From: Harriotta raleighana
Lineage: Eukaryota
DNA: 64,000 nucleotides
Assembly: GCA_050575255.1 (NCBI GenBank)
Contig: JBNZDD010013726.1
Coordinates: 5,761,678 to 5,825,677, forward strand
Reading direction: 5' to 3'
A program made the translations under genes and the position numbers. Under the pieces are notes generated by a model, which saw nothing but the letters and a program-made list of their open reading frames with translations, made no database searches and was not told where the DNA came from. This document shows positions 40,936-53,642 of this stretch, in pieces; within the stretch, counting starts at the first letter, position 1, and each line of letters opens with the position of its first letter.

Positions 40936-43098
40936 GGAGCGGATGAACACCAAGGTCCTGTTAGGAAGAGTAGAATTCAGGAAGCAAGAGATCAGGCAGA
41001 GGCAGGGATGTCAAGTAGTGAGGCTTTAGGCCCAACAGGTGTTTCAGAAGGAACTGCTGAGTTGGGGAATGCCTCGCTGGCTGCAGATGAAGCTGTGCAA
41101 GGAACTGCGCGTGAAGAAGGAAGGAAAAAGCTAAAGGGTGTGCTACAGATTAGCAAACTAGCAGCAGGTGGTGTGTCATCTAAACAGCAGATGGACGGAG
41201 AGCAACAAGTGGGAACTCCCATTGCTTTTCATTCTCCGTGGAAAAAGGCAAGAATATTTCCTATGATACTTCAGAAGGTAAAGGCAAGCAGCAAAGATTC
41301 CAGTTATGCCAAACTTGTGTCTGCACGTCGTGTGGATAGCCAAGAGAGTGTAGCGAGTGCATCTTCGGGAAGTGTGGTCAGCGGAACATCTGGTCAGAAA
41401 TCAGCCAAAGGTAAGCCGACAGAGAAAAAAAAGATGGGCAAAGTGCTTAAGCATATCGCCATCTCCAAACAGTTAAAATCCAGGCGTAAATCACAGGGGT
41501 CCATCAGTAAAAGTTCAGCTGCTGAGAGTGAACCAGAGGCAACATCCCAAACCCAGGGTAGCAGTGAATCAGAAAAGGAACAGAAGAAGTCAAAAGTTGC
41601 GATTAGTGTCACCGGAGAGAGTGATCAGGAAAAAAGTGCGACCTCCGAGGACGATGGTGATGGATCGAAGAAGAGACGGGATTCCTCGAAAACGTCCGGA
41701 GATGACCAGTCACAAAGGAGTAGTGTCCAACAGTCACAGACTGAAGAAAAAGAATATCTTAAAGTGACACTGGATCAGGATGAAACCAATGAAAGTACAG
41801 TGGACTCTGATGAAGAAAAAGATGATGAATCAGTGGGAACAGAGGATGACGACAAGTCAAAGATTGACTCTGAGGCAGGAGAAGCAGAATCAGAGGACGG
41901 TGGTACTTCAGAAGGTGCAGATTCTGACAAAGAATCAAAGAGTGAAATCTCTGATAAATCTAGTTCTGGAAGTGGCCAGAGTTCACAGAGTAGAGCTTCT
42001 GATACAGAAGGTCAAGATTCAGCATCGAGAGCATCGGGCAGAACCGAATCCAATGCTGAGGAAATATCTGATGAATCTAATGGCGATGGTAGCACTAGCA
42101 GAACAACAGAATCCAAAACTAGATCAAGTACATTTAGCAAAGGGAGTGTTACCAGCAGGAGTACGTCGATAGCAACTGAAGGAACAGAGATGTCAGATAG
42201 TTCCATAGACAGCGAGGCAAGTCAGCAAACATCACATGTAGGTAGTTCTCAAGGAAAGTCCAACCTGTCAACTCAGACAAGCACATCAAGCACGAAAACA
42301 GATGCGACAACAGGGGGTAGTAGTTCTTCACATGGGTCTTTTTCAGGGAGTGGATCATGTGTAAGAAAATCAACATCTGTCACTGAAGAAAGTCAAAGTT
42401 TCACATCCAAAGCGTCAGCCTCTGCCAGCGATTTTGAAGCAATTCAGGAGGAATCTGATGAAGATGTCATGTCTGAAGACATCACGTCCGAAGACAATGA
42501 AGACGGTGAAAGTAAAATCAGTGAATGTAGAAGTCAAGAAGAGGAAGAGTCTGGGAACAGTAGCGATGGAACAAAATTTGGAACATCAATCAGTCAAAAC
42601 AGTATCAATAGTGAAAATAGGAGTGAGAGCAGATATAGTCAATCAACAGACGCACAGACTGACAGTGCTGGAAATAGTATGAGGAGAATAAACACTGATC
42701 AGTCAGATTACAATGACAGTGATGATGTCAGTCAAGAAACGGTTTCACAACAAATAACTATTAGTAGTGCATTCAGTGAAAGCAGGTTAAAAAGCTTGAA
42801 GAGCAATTATAGTGACAATACTGAACTCTCCAGAATCAGTGATGGAAGCAGCTTGAGACGTAGTTTGACAAGTGCAGCAGATTCTAATCAAAGCGAGATT
42901 TCAGGTTATTCTGAAAGAAGTAGCAGAAGGAGCAAGGCAAGGAGAAAGAGTGGAAGTTTAAGCGAAGGAACATCTTCAGAATATAATGAATCCAGCAGTG
43001 TCGGAGGAGGCCTGCAAGAATCAGCCGAGGACAATGAAGAACTAGATGAAGAAATATCAGAAGCAGAAAGTGTTCAGGACACAGTGACATCATTATAA
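40936..43098 (+). CDS. PCDH15: PCDH15 CD2-type terminal coding exon, 720 codons, Ser/Glu/Asp-rich
   Basis: ttacAG|GGAGCG, phase 0, in frame with ORF 41008..43098. Contains WKKARIFPMILQKV and EEKEYLKVTLDQDETNESTVDSDEE, matching recalled human CD2 WKRARIFPMIFKKV and EEDKDYLKLTLDQEEATESTVESEEE. Ends VTSL-stop. Lies between the shared exon and CD3. Confidence 0.9.
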   Translation, partial: GADEHQGPVRKSRIQEARDQAEAGMSSSEALGPTGVSEGTAELGNASLAADEAVQGTAREEGRKKLKGVLQISKLAAGGVSSKQQMDGEQQVGTPIAFHSPWKKARIFPMILQKVKASSKDSSYAKLVSARRVDSQESVASASSGSVVSGTSGQKSAKGKPTEKKKMGKVLKHIAISKQLKSRRKSQGSISKSSAAESEPEATSQTQGSSESEKEQKKSKVAISVTGESDQEKSATSEDDGDGSKKRRDSSKTSGDDQSQRSSVQQSQTEEKEYLKVTLDQDETNESTVDSDEEKDDESVGTEDDDKSKIDSEAGEAESEDGGTSEGADSDKESKSEISDKSSSGSGQSSQSRASDTEGQDSASRASGRTESNAEEISDESNGDGSTSRTTESKTRSSTFSKGSVTSRSTSIATEGTEMSDSSIDSEASQQTSHVGSSQGKSNLSTQTSTSSTKTDATTGGSSSSHGSFSGSGSCVRKSTSVTEESQSFTSKASASASDFEAIQEESDEDVMSEDITSEDNEDGESKISECRSQEEEESGNSSDGTKFGTSISQNSINSENRSESRYSQSTDAQTDSAGNSMRRINTDQSDYNDSDDVSQETVSQQITISSAFSESRLKSLKSNYSDNTELSRISDGSSLRRSLTSAADSNQSEISGYSERSSRRSKARRKSGSLSEGTSSEYNESSSVGGGLQESAEDNEELDEEISEAESVQDTVTSL

Positions 43099-43314
43099 AA
43101 AGAATGGAAGGTTCAAAAATAAATTTTGAAAATAGACTTTGATGTTTGCTGTGGAGTTTCCAATTGATTGAGTTTGTGAAACTGGTTTGCTGTGTTTCTT
43201 CAATCGATTTATACTGTAGTGGGCTAAATTAACCATGATTTTCCATGGATTCCCGAGCGTAAAAGCAGCCAGATTTCCTGCTCCCAATACCTCTACACAG
43301 TGTCCTTCACTTCT

Positions 43315-43338
<24 letters not shown>
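43315..43338. repeat. (TG)12 microsatellite
   Basis: Read directly from the sequence. Confidence 0.95.
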
Positions 43339-43348
<10 letters not shown>

Positions 43349-43461
43349 TGCATGGCCACCACAGGATCAGGTCAAGTGGCCCACTGATACTCCAAACATA
43401 CCCAATAGCAGAGAGATACATGCGAATAGAGAGAAAGAAAAAAAATTACATTGCACAGACA

Positions 43462-43467
43462 AATAAA
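43462..43467 (+). promoter_or_regulatory. Candidate poly(A) signal for the CD2 3'UTR
   Basis: AATAAA between the CD2 stop and the CD3 acceptor; another lies at 43118. Confidence 0.35.
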
Positions 43468-43942
43468 AATTTATTACAATCCATTGGGAAGCTGGTACTT
43501 TAGGAATCGTGGAGAATCAGCTTCCAAATTAAGAGTTTAGGAAGGATTCACAGTTCAGAGTGTACTTTATATTTGAAGACAAAATGGTTTCAGATTGGCT
43601 GAAACTCGATGGAAAATCAAGCCTCCGGGTAGCCAGACAGAATAGTGTTTTATTGCATGCAGTTGGTTTTCCGAAGGAATGCTGTGTGGAAATTACTTCA
43701 GTTTGCAAGCTATAAACCATTGTAAAATATTGCTTTTTTTAAAAAAAAAGTAAAATTTACACACCCACTATATTGTACCATGTCCTTATTGATTAACTTG
43801 TATTTAAAACTGTCACATTTGGTGTTCAGTATGAAGTATTGCTTTGAACTTGATCCTTTACTAATGTAAACAATTGATTCCCTGTGTGATTTTGACATGT
43901 TTATCTAATGTGAAAACCTTTCTCTTTCCTTTGTTTACACAG

Positions 43943-44518
43943 TGGGCTCGACAGAAACGCGTGAAGTTGGTTGTAGATCGCGAGTATGAAACCAGCTCAA
44001 CTGGTGAGGACAGTGCACCAGAAGCACAAAGAATTCGTATTAAGCACCCGAATAACCACAGCAACATTAATAGTAACATCTATATTGCTCAAAATGGATC
44101 GATCGTCAGAACAAGGCGCGGTTGCCATCCAAGCAACTCAAAAGCAAACTCACCTGCACGAGTCGGAAAACAGTTCAAAAAATTGGATAAACTGGCAGTC
44201 ACGCAGGAAGAAAAAGTTCCTTTGAGCAATCCGCTGGAAAAGCCAACGGCTTCTTGCAGCAATGCCAACCCTAACGCAAGGGCCTCATCTGGCTCTGTGG
44301 GCTCCAGCACCATTGGTCATAACAGCAGCATGTTTAAACTGAGCACATTAAAGACAAGGAATGAGAGAGTAAAAAGCACAGATGACCAAGAGTCAGCTAT
44401 TGATAACGAAGATGTTAAGGAGCCTTTTGAATCTCACAGTGATCAGACACAATCTGATGAGGAAGAGTTGTGGATGGGACCTTGGAATAACCTTCACATA
44501 CCAATGACCAAACTGTGA
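43943..44518 (+). CDS. PCDH15: PCDH15 CD3 terminal coding exon (191 aa)
   Basis: acacAG|TGGGCT, phase 0. Encodes WARQKRVKLVVDREYETSSTGEDSAPE...EELWMGPWNNLHIPMTKL-stop, closely matching the mammalian CD3 ends. Confidence 0.96.
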   Translation, partial: WARQKRVKLVVDREYETSSTGEDSAPEAQRIRIKHPNNHSNINSNIYIAQNGSIVRTRRGCHPSNSKANSPARVGKQFKKLDKLAVTQEEKVPLSNPLEKPTASCSNANPNARASSGSVGSSTIGHNSSMFKLSTLKTRNERVKSTDDQESAIDNEDVKEPFESHSDQTQSDEEELWMGPWNNLHIPMTKL

Positions 44519-45600
44519 TTTACAAATTTTATTGTAACTAGTAGGAAAATCCACTTTTTTTTATAGGTTACACCAAAAGTACCCCCAATGTTTGAAATAT
44601 GCATCAGTAGCATACATTTTGATCTGTATAAATTGCATTCAACAGGATCAGCAAGCGTCCAAATTCCAATGTTTACAGAAAAGGGGTAAGAAATTGCTGA
44701 GTCATAGTGTTTTGTATGCTGGTTGTATCTGTCTTAATCAATTCATCAAACCCCAAACAATCTAGAAGATTCCCAGATTGTCACAACAAGCAAAGTACTC
44801 GTGAGTTTCGGAAACTATAAATAACACCTGACACTGTTGGTATTGGTCCTGCTTGGGAATAACTCGAATTTTTAAAGGAAAAACAATTGCACATTTATAT
44901 GTGGTTACTTAGTTTTGGATGTTCATTATTCTTCTGAAACTGTTTATATGTTTTATGAACTCACCTTAAACAAAATCGAAAAAATTATGGTTTAATTTGC
45001 ATTTAATGAAGTCAGAAGTATGACTCTTAAAATACAAAAATATTAGTTTAATCTCATTCGTGGATATTCACCGTACAATATTCACCAGGTTATGCTGTAA
45101 ATGCTACTGTATTAAGTGAAATGCAGGTTGTAAACATGTACACTCAGTATTTCACTCCTTCACCTTGTTCACCACTTCTTCAGCTTCTCTCACATAATTC
45201 ACCTCCTAGTGGAGATATGAGAATATTGTCAGAAGCAGGTACTGTACTTGAAATTGTTAAACATGATTCTCAAATTTCCAACTTATTTTTAAAAAAAGAA
45301 ACAAATTTCATCATTTGACTATTGTAGTATTTTGTTCAAAAACTTAATTCTGCAGTGCTTTGCAAATAATTTTATCAGGCTACCAGAATATTTGCTTTGG
45401 TCAACATCTCTAAATCTTTAATTTCCCTGCTAGATATGCACCATTACATTTGTCAAACATTTTGAGGAGTTCCTCCAAAACACTATTTAAATGCAAACTG
45501 TTGTTCCTAAAATACATGATAATGCACTTTATTTTATTGCACCCATAATTCATTTTTAAAAGTGGTTATCCTTGTATACTGATATCTCTCATAAACCTAT

Positions 45601-45606
45601 AATAAA
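45601..45606 (+). promoter_or_regulatory. Candidate poly(A) signal for the CD3 3'UTR
   Basis: AATAAA about 1.1 kb after the CD3 stop. Confidence 0.3.
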
Positions 45607-47219
45607 TTCTAGTTGGCCTCTGTCAAAGTAAATAATTGTATATTTTTAAAAGAAAAATAGTTATAAAATAACTTTGGGAATGTCCTGATAGTTTTTGAGG
45701 TATGGCCATTCGAAATATTAACTTCTAATATATTTGTTGTTGGCAGATCCTGTTCATTAATTGACTTTGTACTGCTGCTTACAAAGACAGCACGGATTTC
45801 CACTGATTAAAGACTAATAATTTGTTACTATCTCCCTCTTACCCCTCCCCATTTCTTTTCTATGTTACCATTTTCTGTATTTCCTGTCTGAGCCAGTTAA
45901 CCAAATTGCAGGTTGTCGGTGAAACTAATGTTGTGTTGGCTAAACATTAGGCTTGGAAATTAGGTCCCAAACTAGAAATGTTTTAAGTAATTATTCGAGG
46001 GAAAATACAAGTACATATGGGTTATGCTTTAATGCACAATACATTCCTAGTCTCACAAACTGTTGGATTTGGGTGAATCAAAAGATTCCACACAAAGCCA
46101 CTTTCTACTGTGCATTTTGCATTGTAAACATCTGCTAAATTGTAATGAAAACCAAGTCTATATCTGGTGTTTGCTGTGCAATCTGAAAGCAATTCACACT
46201 GGAGTCTGAGAGCACATGGTTTCAAAAACAACAATGATTTGCCCAGTTGCAGATTTTATTTCTAATCAGATCAGAAATGTCCATTGGAATGCCCAAGAAG
46301 CTGTAAGAAACCGTTTTTCAAGTTTATTAAGGCTCTTTACTAACATTGAAAAAAAAACATTGGTTGTGTACCACTGGTGGAATATAAGCATAAATATCCT
46401 TAACTCTATGTGAGCGTTTATAGCAGTGGGAAGTATAAATCCAGTTCCTCTCATGGAATTGCTTGTCTGTTGGAAGCTGCAACATAAACCAGGCACAGAG
46501 ACATAGGCAGGTTAATTGAAGATAACAGTGGGTTTAGAAAACCAAGAGAGAAATCTTGAAAAGTTATGGTAACAGCATGATAGAATAAGACTATAAAGTG
46601 ACTGACCTGTCAATGCTGGCTGGACTAGCAGAAACAGCAGACACAGGACCCAGGTTGAAGCTGAGATGGTGTAAAATAGGAAATGGAAGATATGGAAGAA
46701 TTGATCAGATATGTCTGAATTTTCAGCATTGATTTCAACTAATGAATTCCAGCAACCAGTTTACGTAAAGTTGATGGCATGAATACTTAATATTGGGTAT
46801 ATAAAATTAAACAAAGACTTGCTTTTTATGCACAAGTCAATTGGAAAGATACACGTTTTGCAAAAAACAAATCTTATAATCACACAGTACCGACTACTTT
46901 TGGACATGAGGAAGGTTGCACAGAATGGTATCCTGGTGAAAGATGTTTATCAGATTACCATTAATTTTAAAAAGAAGCTTTAGCATATTTATATTGATTA
47001 AAAAACGCACCAATATGCCTTCAATGACAATAATCCTTGTAGTTGTATGCTCTGTGTTGGCCTTTGGATGTCACTCTGCTGGCTGCTCTATAACTGTGGA
47101 AAATATCCTGTTTTTTTAACAAAGTGTTTGTACGTACGCTTATGTTGAAAGAATCATTCCCGTCTGTTTGATTTAATAATAAAATACATCGAACACAGTG
47201 CCGATGGTTAATTTTTTTT

Positions 47220-47615
47220 ACACGCTGGAGAAGAGAAGCTTGAGGGGCGATATGATTACGGTCTTTAAGATTCTGAAGGGAATAAATAATGTTGACCTGT
47301 TTTATCTTGTGCTGAACAGTAGAACCAGAGGACACAGGCTGCGATTCAAAGAGGGTAGATTCAGAAGAAATCTAAGGAAATACTACATCAGTCAACGCGT
47401 AGTAAACTAATGGAACAGGTTTCCTAGGGACCTGGTGAAAGCACAAAAAGGTGTTTGTTTCAAGAACAAATTAGATAGATTTCTGCTAGAAAATAATATT
47501 TTGGGACACAGTATATAGTTTGGAAAAATAACATGTCAAGCGACTGCCAAGATAATGGAAGGCGAATTAGATGGATCTTGGTCCTTTTTCGCCCAGCAAA
47601 TTCTTATGTTCTTAA
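47220..47615 (+). mobile_element. CR1 LINE 3' fragment
   Basis: TLEKRSLRGDMITVFKILKG...RTRGHRLR...RRNLRKYYISQRVVN; tail ttcttatgttctta. Confidence 0.88.
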
Positions 47616-49414
47616 TGCAGCTTTTTCTCTTTCTTTTGCATGGCTTACTTAATTGGAAAATATTAGATTGCAAAATGGGCTAGATGAATGGCCTGGCAAG
47701 GTTCCCATTAAAATGCTCCTAAAGATTTTACTGGATGATCTTCAGCTGAGACCAAAGTGGTGTGAGGCCAGCCGGCTCCTCCAGTGAAAGATAACTCACC
47801 ATTAATGCCCTTAGAAATAATACCTTGGGTCACAAAGGATGTCTAAATGGCAATTTCTGTGTGAGTTTTCCTGCTCTTCAGAATTACAGTGATTATTAGA
47901 ACTTTGATGTTAACAAGGTATAAACGGTAAGATGACTTTACAGACAATCATGGTACTGTAATAACTTTCTGCTATAAATGACCATATTTTATTAAATGAT
48001 TAGCAATGGATGAAAAGATAAGTACTGTATTAACAGTCACTGCACAATTGCTTATTGGAAAAGGTTTGCTAAGTAGACCCTGAACTGAGGCCAGCAGTAA
48101 CTTCAAGCTCCATTTGCTTCACATAAATATAATAGAACAGATGAGCGCATGCAATTTTTAAAAGTTGACTTCCTCCTGCTCTATTTCACCATATTGTCCT
48201 GATCCTACTGGTGGGGTGGGGGTGGTGGAGAGAGGGAGAGGTGGAAAGGAAGAGGGAAAGATCAGCCATTATGTGGACAGGATTGTAACAAAAGCTTTGT
48301 GCTAAAGAGAAATCTAGAGTATGGGGCAATTCTCTTGCAGATAGATTTCAGCATGTCCTGAGGATCTTTGTGCATTTGTTCCATCGTTCCATCTGGGTGT
48401 CAGAGCATTTACATAGAGTAATTAGCAATAGTTGGTTAGTTTTTCCAGAATAAAATTGTAGCTGCCTATTTCAAATACATTGTGAATGTTTCTTACGACC
48501 GACATTTTGTTCAACTGGAAGAGTTGCTTGTCCCTGCTCTAATTATATTTTTCTTCGGCGTTTTTTATTGCAGTACGTACTGTTGGCCTCAATCTCAAGG
48601 TCACCACTTTATGATGCCTTATTATTTCTTGCAACTCTTTTTCACTTTTGTACACAGTCTGAAGTCTGACTATAAATAGTTCCTACTTCCTTGAGCTGCT
48701 TCAACATATTTTTATGGCCTGAATTAGATTTAAACTATATACTGTATTTTGAATAGTGGAGCCCCATTTTCAAATTATTTTCCTACTTCTTAACATAAAT
48801 TGAAATTGAATCAATACTTGTAGTTATTCTCTTATAATATGATTTGTGAGTTAGAAATTTATGGGTTTCGCCTTTGGCCCAGCAAACAGCAATTTATTTG
48901 ATATGGTTTTATTTCAAACCATAAACTCCTCTAAGTTCAAATCACTAACCATGTCCAACTCAATGCTAAATTATTGGCCTGTTTGTGTTTCTAACTTCCT
49001 CCCTCGATTCACAAGCTGATAAACTATCGTCAGCTACCTCTATTAGTTTATTCCACCCCTTTTCAGGTGAATTTAGTAGTTTCCTACTGTCTCCGGTATG
49101 TATGAAGGGCTATATCCTAAATGTCCGGAATTCTACTAATTAACCACATTGTATAAAGTAGCATTTATTCTTGTCATTAAACCAATTTGAGCGATATCAA
49201 TGCCAGTCACAAATATCAATGGAGGTTTAACACGGTAGTAAATGTTTTCTACTAGTGGACTAGAAGTTCAATTTGCATTAACTATCAGAACATTACATTA
49301 TGTTCCAATTACATTATGATGCAATTACTTGGCCTACTCTTTTATCGTAATAAGTACCATTTCAAATGGTCTTAAAGTCAATACAGTACAAGAAATGTTA
49401 GAATGGGTTGCCTT

Positions 49415-49585
49415 TAGGTCTAGATCCTCCTCTTTGACCATGCCTTCTGCTGCCTCCTGACTCTCTCCTTCACCTCCTCGCCACCCTGCCCCTCTCCCTT
49501 GCTCGGGTCCCGTCCTGCCTAGTCAGCGTCTTGAGACGTCCTCCCGACGTGAAAGGTGCTCTATAAATGTAATTTTGTTGTTGTT
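49415..49585 (+). mobile_element. L2 3'UTR/tail fragment
   Basis: gagacgtcctcccgacgtgaaaggtgctctataaatgtaattttgttgttg. Confidence 0.7.
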
Positions 49586-50504
49586 ATATTCCAGGATTTC
49601 TTCTGTTATTTCTGTTATTTATGTACATTTATGACCTGGATTTCACGTTCTCTCATCTCCACTTTTGTGGTTCTGTCCTTGCCTTGGTCCTTTCTTTCCT
49701 TTCCCATCGTTTCCACTTTGTTTCCACCAATGACTTGTCCTCTGGCCCTCACACACCCTGGGGCTCTGTCCTCGGTCCTCTCCTTTTTAAAAGATACAAC
49801 TAATGGTGCTAATGTAAGAACTTTTTATTAAATAAAACGTATTTAACTTCAATGTTTTTACTCACGAGGTAAAATGCTGTTCTCTCCTGTACATTTTCCT
49901 TCCAAGTTTAACATTGGATGAAAGACATGAAATATAATTACGGAGATAGTTAATAAGTTATATGATTAGTGCCTATTTTGATTAGCTGTGATTTCTCTGG
50001 TGGCAATCACAGCAGCATCTCTAATCATTTTCAGGAAATTAAACTTTTAAGTACACACTTAAATCTGTACCACATCCTTTCTTTGCTTATCTCCTCATAA
50101 CGTCACAGGGTCTTAACAAATAGCAATTCCAAGGTACAATCCAGGAGTAACCAGATGCTCGGTAACATCAGAGCACAAAAGTTGACATGACAAAACTAAA
50201 ACACAGAACATGTTGAATTCAGTTATGAGAAATCACATGTGAGGCATTGATGCACTTGACTTGTGCTTTAAGAATGGGTTATTAGCGGGCAACCCTAATG
50301 AAAAAGTTGCAGTTTCTGGACTAGGATCTTGCTAGTTTGTGCTGAGATTGTTAGTGTATGCCTGGGCTGCAAGGAGAAGCTTGGGACATCCTTCTGACGT
50401 GCAAGGCGCTATGCAAATGCAATTTGTTGTTGTTGTTGTTGTTGCCTTCCCAAAGTTTGGTAGGGTGAAACCAGCCAGGAATTCCTGCTCCTGCACACAC
50501 TGCA

Positions 50505-50518
50505 GCACCCTCTACTGG
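50505..50518 (-). promoter_or_regulatory. CTCF-like motif
   Basis: Minus strand reads CCAGTAGAGGGTGC. Confidence 0.45.
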
Positions 50519-51665
50519 AAATGTACAGTGTTATCCAAGTGGTGCTTTCTGCAGTCGTGGCCTGACAACATTCACTGCCTCAAAGTGTTTTGAATTCATC
50601 AGTTGTTTGCTAAATGTAAAAGTATTTGAAGTTGTGTTATTTATTATATGCAAATTAGCCATGTGAAGCATTAAGAGTGCCTGAAGATAGGGATCACAGA
50701 TCATTCCTTTCAAAACATGACTGCGGCAATGACTCTGGCTCCACGCTCTTGTAAATACAACACAACATGATTTGTCACCCTAAGAAGCAAGTACAAATCT
50801 GAATTCCAAATTCACCGTTGTTTAGTTGTTTTTGTAAGTGGGGAGCATTTAATTGACACTCTGCCTTGTCTTTGGCAAGGCTTTGTTTCCAAATTTACCC
50901 TGGAGGGAAACAAAACCATCAATTTATGTCTAAAGAGTATATAAACCACAGATGTGTATCGTTTCACATGTATGAAGTTCGAGGGCACATTTAGGATCTA
51001 GAATGGCCTCCTTCTGTGCTAAGATTCTAAAATAAACACCCTGTGGAAATGAGCAGATGGAGGATGTTGACAGAAAGCAGTGTGGTATAACTCTACCGTG
51101 TAGCAGGTGCTTAAATCAGCATTTTCATTCCTCTCCTTCAGTGATTTAAGTTGATTTTCTCATGCACACACAAACTGCTTCTCAGCATGCCCATCAATAG
51201 CTTGGTTGGTAGACGTAAGGTTTCAGTTAAGGGATGGTATCAAAGTATTTTAAAATGTCATCTTTTCTTTATTCCCCATTCACTTTCCCTCTGTTTGTTT
51301 GCCAGGCATTTATAAACATTCAGTAAATCCATAAGGAGACAACTGAAATGACAAAGTAGGAATCGAGCTAGGCCAACAATTTATATTCCTTCTTCACACA
51401 TAGAACTGTTTAATCTTCAAATTGGTGAAATTGCAGTTTAACATACAGGTCACAACAGATTCTGATACAGTTGCAAATTGATTTTCATGGCATGTATTTG
51501 AAATCTGTCAATAGTTTCCGTGTTGTAAAAGATGTCACATTCCAAGAGGCTTTTCACCCTTATCTTGCCAACTGCGTGATTCGTACAAATTTATCAAGCA
51601 GCCGTTCATTGGTTATGAAAATTGCCTGACCCTAAAACATCTTATGAATATAAACTAAATCAAAA

Positions 51666-51679
51666 CTGCCCTCTAGTGG
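51666..51679 (-). promoter_or_regulatory. CTCF-like motif
   Basis: Minus strand reads CCACTAGAGGGCAG. Confidence 0.5.
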
Positions 51680-51829
51680 ATTCAGCATTGAATGTTATAA
51701 GAAGAAGAAAACTTGAGAATCATTTGGAAGCATTTAGTCTTTTGCTGAAAGTCTCCAGGAAATAATACTGTGTAATATGTTCTACTCATTTTCTTACATA
51801 AATAGTATTACAAGATTGTCGAGGAAATT

Positions 51830-52082
51830 GAAGTGGACGTTAAAGATCCCATGGCACTATTTGAAAAGAACAGAGATTCTTCCAGTGTCCTGGCTAACAA
51901 GCCCACAGATACAATTGGTTATTCACTTCATGGCTGCATGTGGGAAATTGCTGTGTGAAAATTGGGTGCTGTGTTCACCATCAAATATACAGTCACTACA
52001 CTTTTCATTAAATCCTGCAAAGCATTTTCAGATGTCTCAACAATATTATAAGATGTAAAATGAAATGCAAATGTTATTATTA
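51830..52082 (+). mobile_element. DeuSINE-like fragment
   Basis: gtggacgttaaagatcccatggcactatttgaa...gtgtcctggc resembles the recalled Deu domain. Confidence 0.65.
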
Positions 52083-52689
52083 ATATGCCCTCTGGAGGGT
52101 AACTTGAGTAATTTGATTTACAGATACAGTTTACCTGTCCACTGAGTCCTTAATAGTCAGCCAGTCTTTGTAGTGTTATGAACTGATTGGGGGAAAAAAG
52201 TTGTTTCTTTGGCCCTTAAAAAATAGTGAAGCTTTACGATTGGGCTCTGAGCTCAAAACAGCTACTGTCAAAAACAGGCTAGTTTATTTCCCTATTATCA
52301 TTGTTCATGGATACATTTAGATTGGAGGTATGTTTCAGATTGAAAAGACTCTAGATGTATTGCAGCCTTGGGATGGAAACTCTCTGAATATTTCAGACCA
52401 ATAAAATGTAAATATAATTTAGATTACTGATAATAATAATCATCAACATTCTTTCATTTGATATAGCACCTTACTGCACAGTCACAAAGTGTTTCAAAGG
52501 ATTTATGGTAANGTACTGATCATAATAATCATCATCATCATTCTTTCATTTGTTATAGCACCTTACTGCACAGTCACAAAGTGTTTCAAAGGATTTATGG
52601 TAAAGTTTAGTGATTGTACATTTAGGTGAATGTGGCAGTTAAATTGCTCAAAGAGATCTCCTACAAACAGCAGTGAGAATAACAAATTA

Positions 52690-52962
52690 TATAATAATAA
52701 TAATCATTGCAATGATATAGTGCTTTTCACGTCTTTTAGATGTCTCAAAGTGCTTCACAGAATAAACTGTAAAGTGAAATGACTGTGTATTTGTGGGCGA
52801 AAAGCAGCAGCCATTTGCACACAGCAGTGGCCCACAAACAGTTGTGAATTGAGTAACCAAATATTTTTATACAAGTGCTTTTATAACAACAAAAATTAAT
52901 TTAAGATGTCTAAGAAGACATGAAAAGTGCTATATCAAATGCAAGAATTATTATTGTTATTA
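52690..52962. mobile_element. SINE family A minus-strand copy followed by an inverted tail
   Basis: Minus-strand copy at 52690-52860 and plus-strand tail at 52901-52962. Confidence 0.65.
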
Positions 52963-53642
52963 TTTGGCGTTTTGTTGGTCAGTCAATTTTTGTTTTATAT
53001 AACTATAAGGATCTATCTGATAAATTATCGGAACACATCATTAGAAAAAAAAATCTTCCTATTCATGGTGATGTAGGGTCATTTTTTTTTACAAATAAAT
53101 TAAAACAGTTAATCTAAACACCAAAAATCTCCTGTGGTCGATGCAAGTTAATGGTTAGCCACAAATGTCATTTCTTCTTTGGAAAATATAATTTCTGTAC
53201 TGGTTTTGATTCATGAATGAAAGCTTTGTGATAAATCTAATACTTACTTTCTGCAAAAACTTTTCTGTACACCCATCTCTCTTAGGAACATAAGAAATAG
53301 GAATGTAGAGAAAAGAAAATGTTTTTAAAAAGCACAATTAAATGCCAAGTCATTGAAAAGCTTTAAAACATTGTATCTCTTAATTACCATAACCAATTAG
53401 TTTAGTGTCAGAACACAACATGTAAACCAAGCAAAGAGCCCAATGATCAAATCCAGTTCAGAGGAAAGGAATAAGAAATTGATGGAGAGAATTGGGAAAT
53501 GTTTCCCTAAATCCCAAAACATTAAAATTTATTCCTATCATTTTCTGAGAATTTGAATTTATTAAATTCTTGGGCTAAGAATAGTGGGTAACATTAGTTT
53601 AATTTCAACCCTGCATATTATATGCTAAAATTAACATTGAAT

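Noticed and set aside
41008-43098. Standalone single-exon Ser/Asp-rich gene (dentin phosphoprotein-like)
   Set aside because: The frame stays open upstream to a splice acceptor at 40935, there is no signal peptide, and it has PCDH15-CD2 motifs and position.
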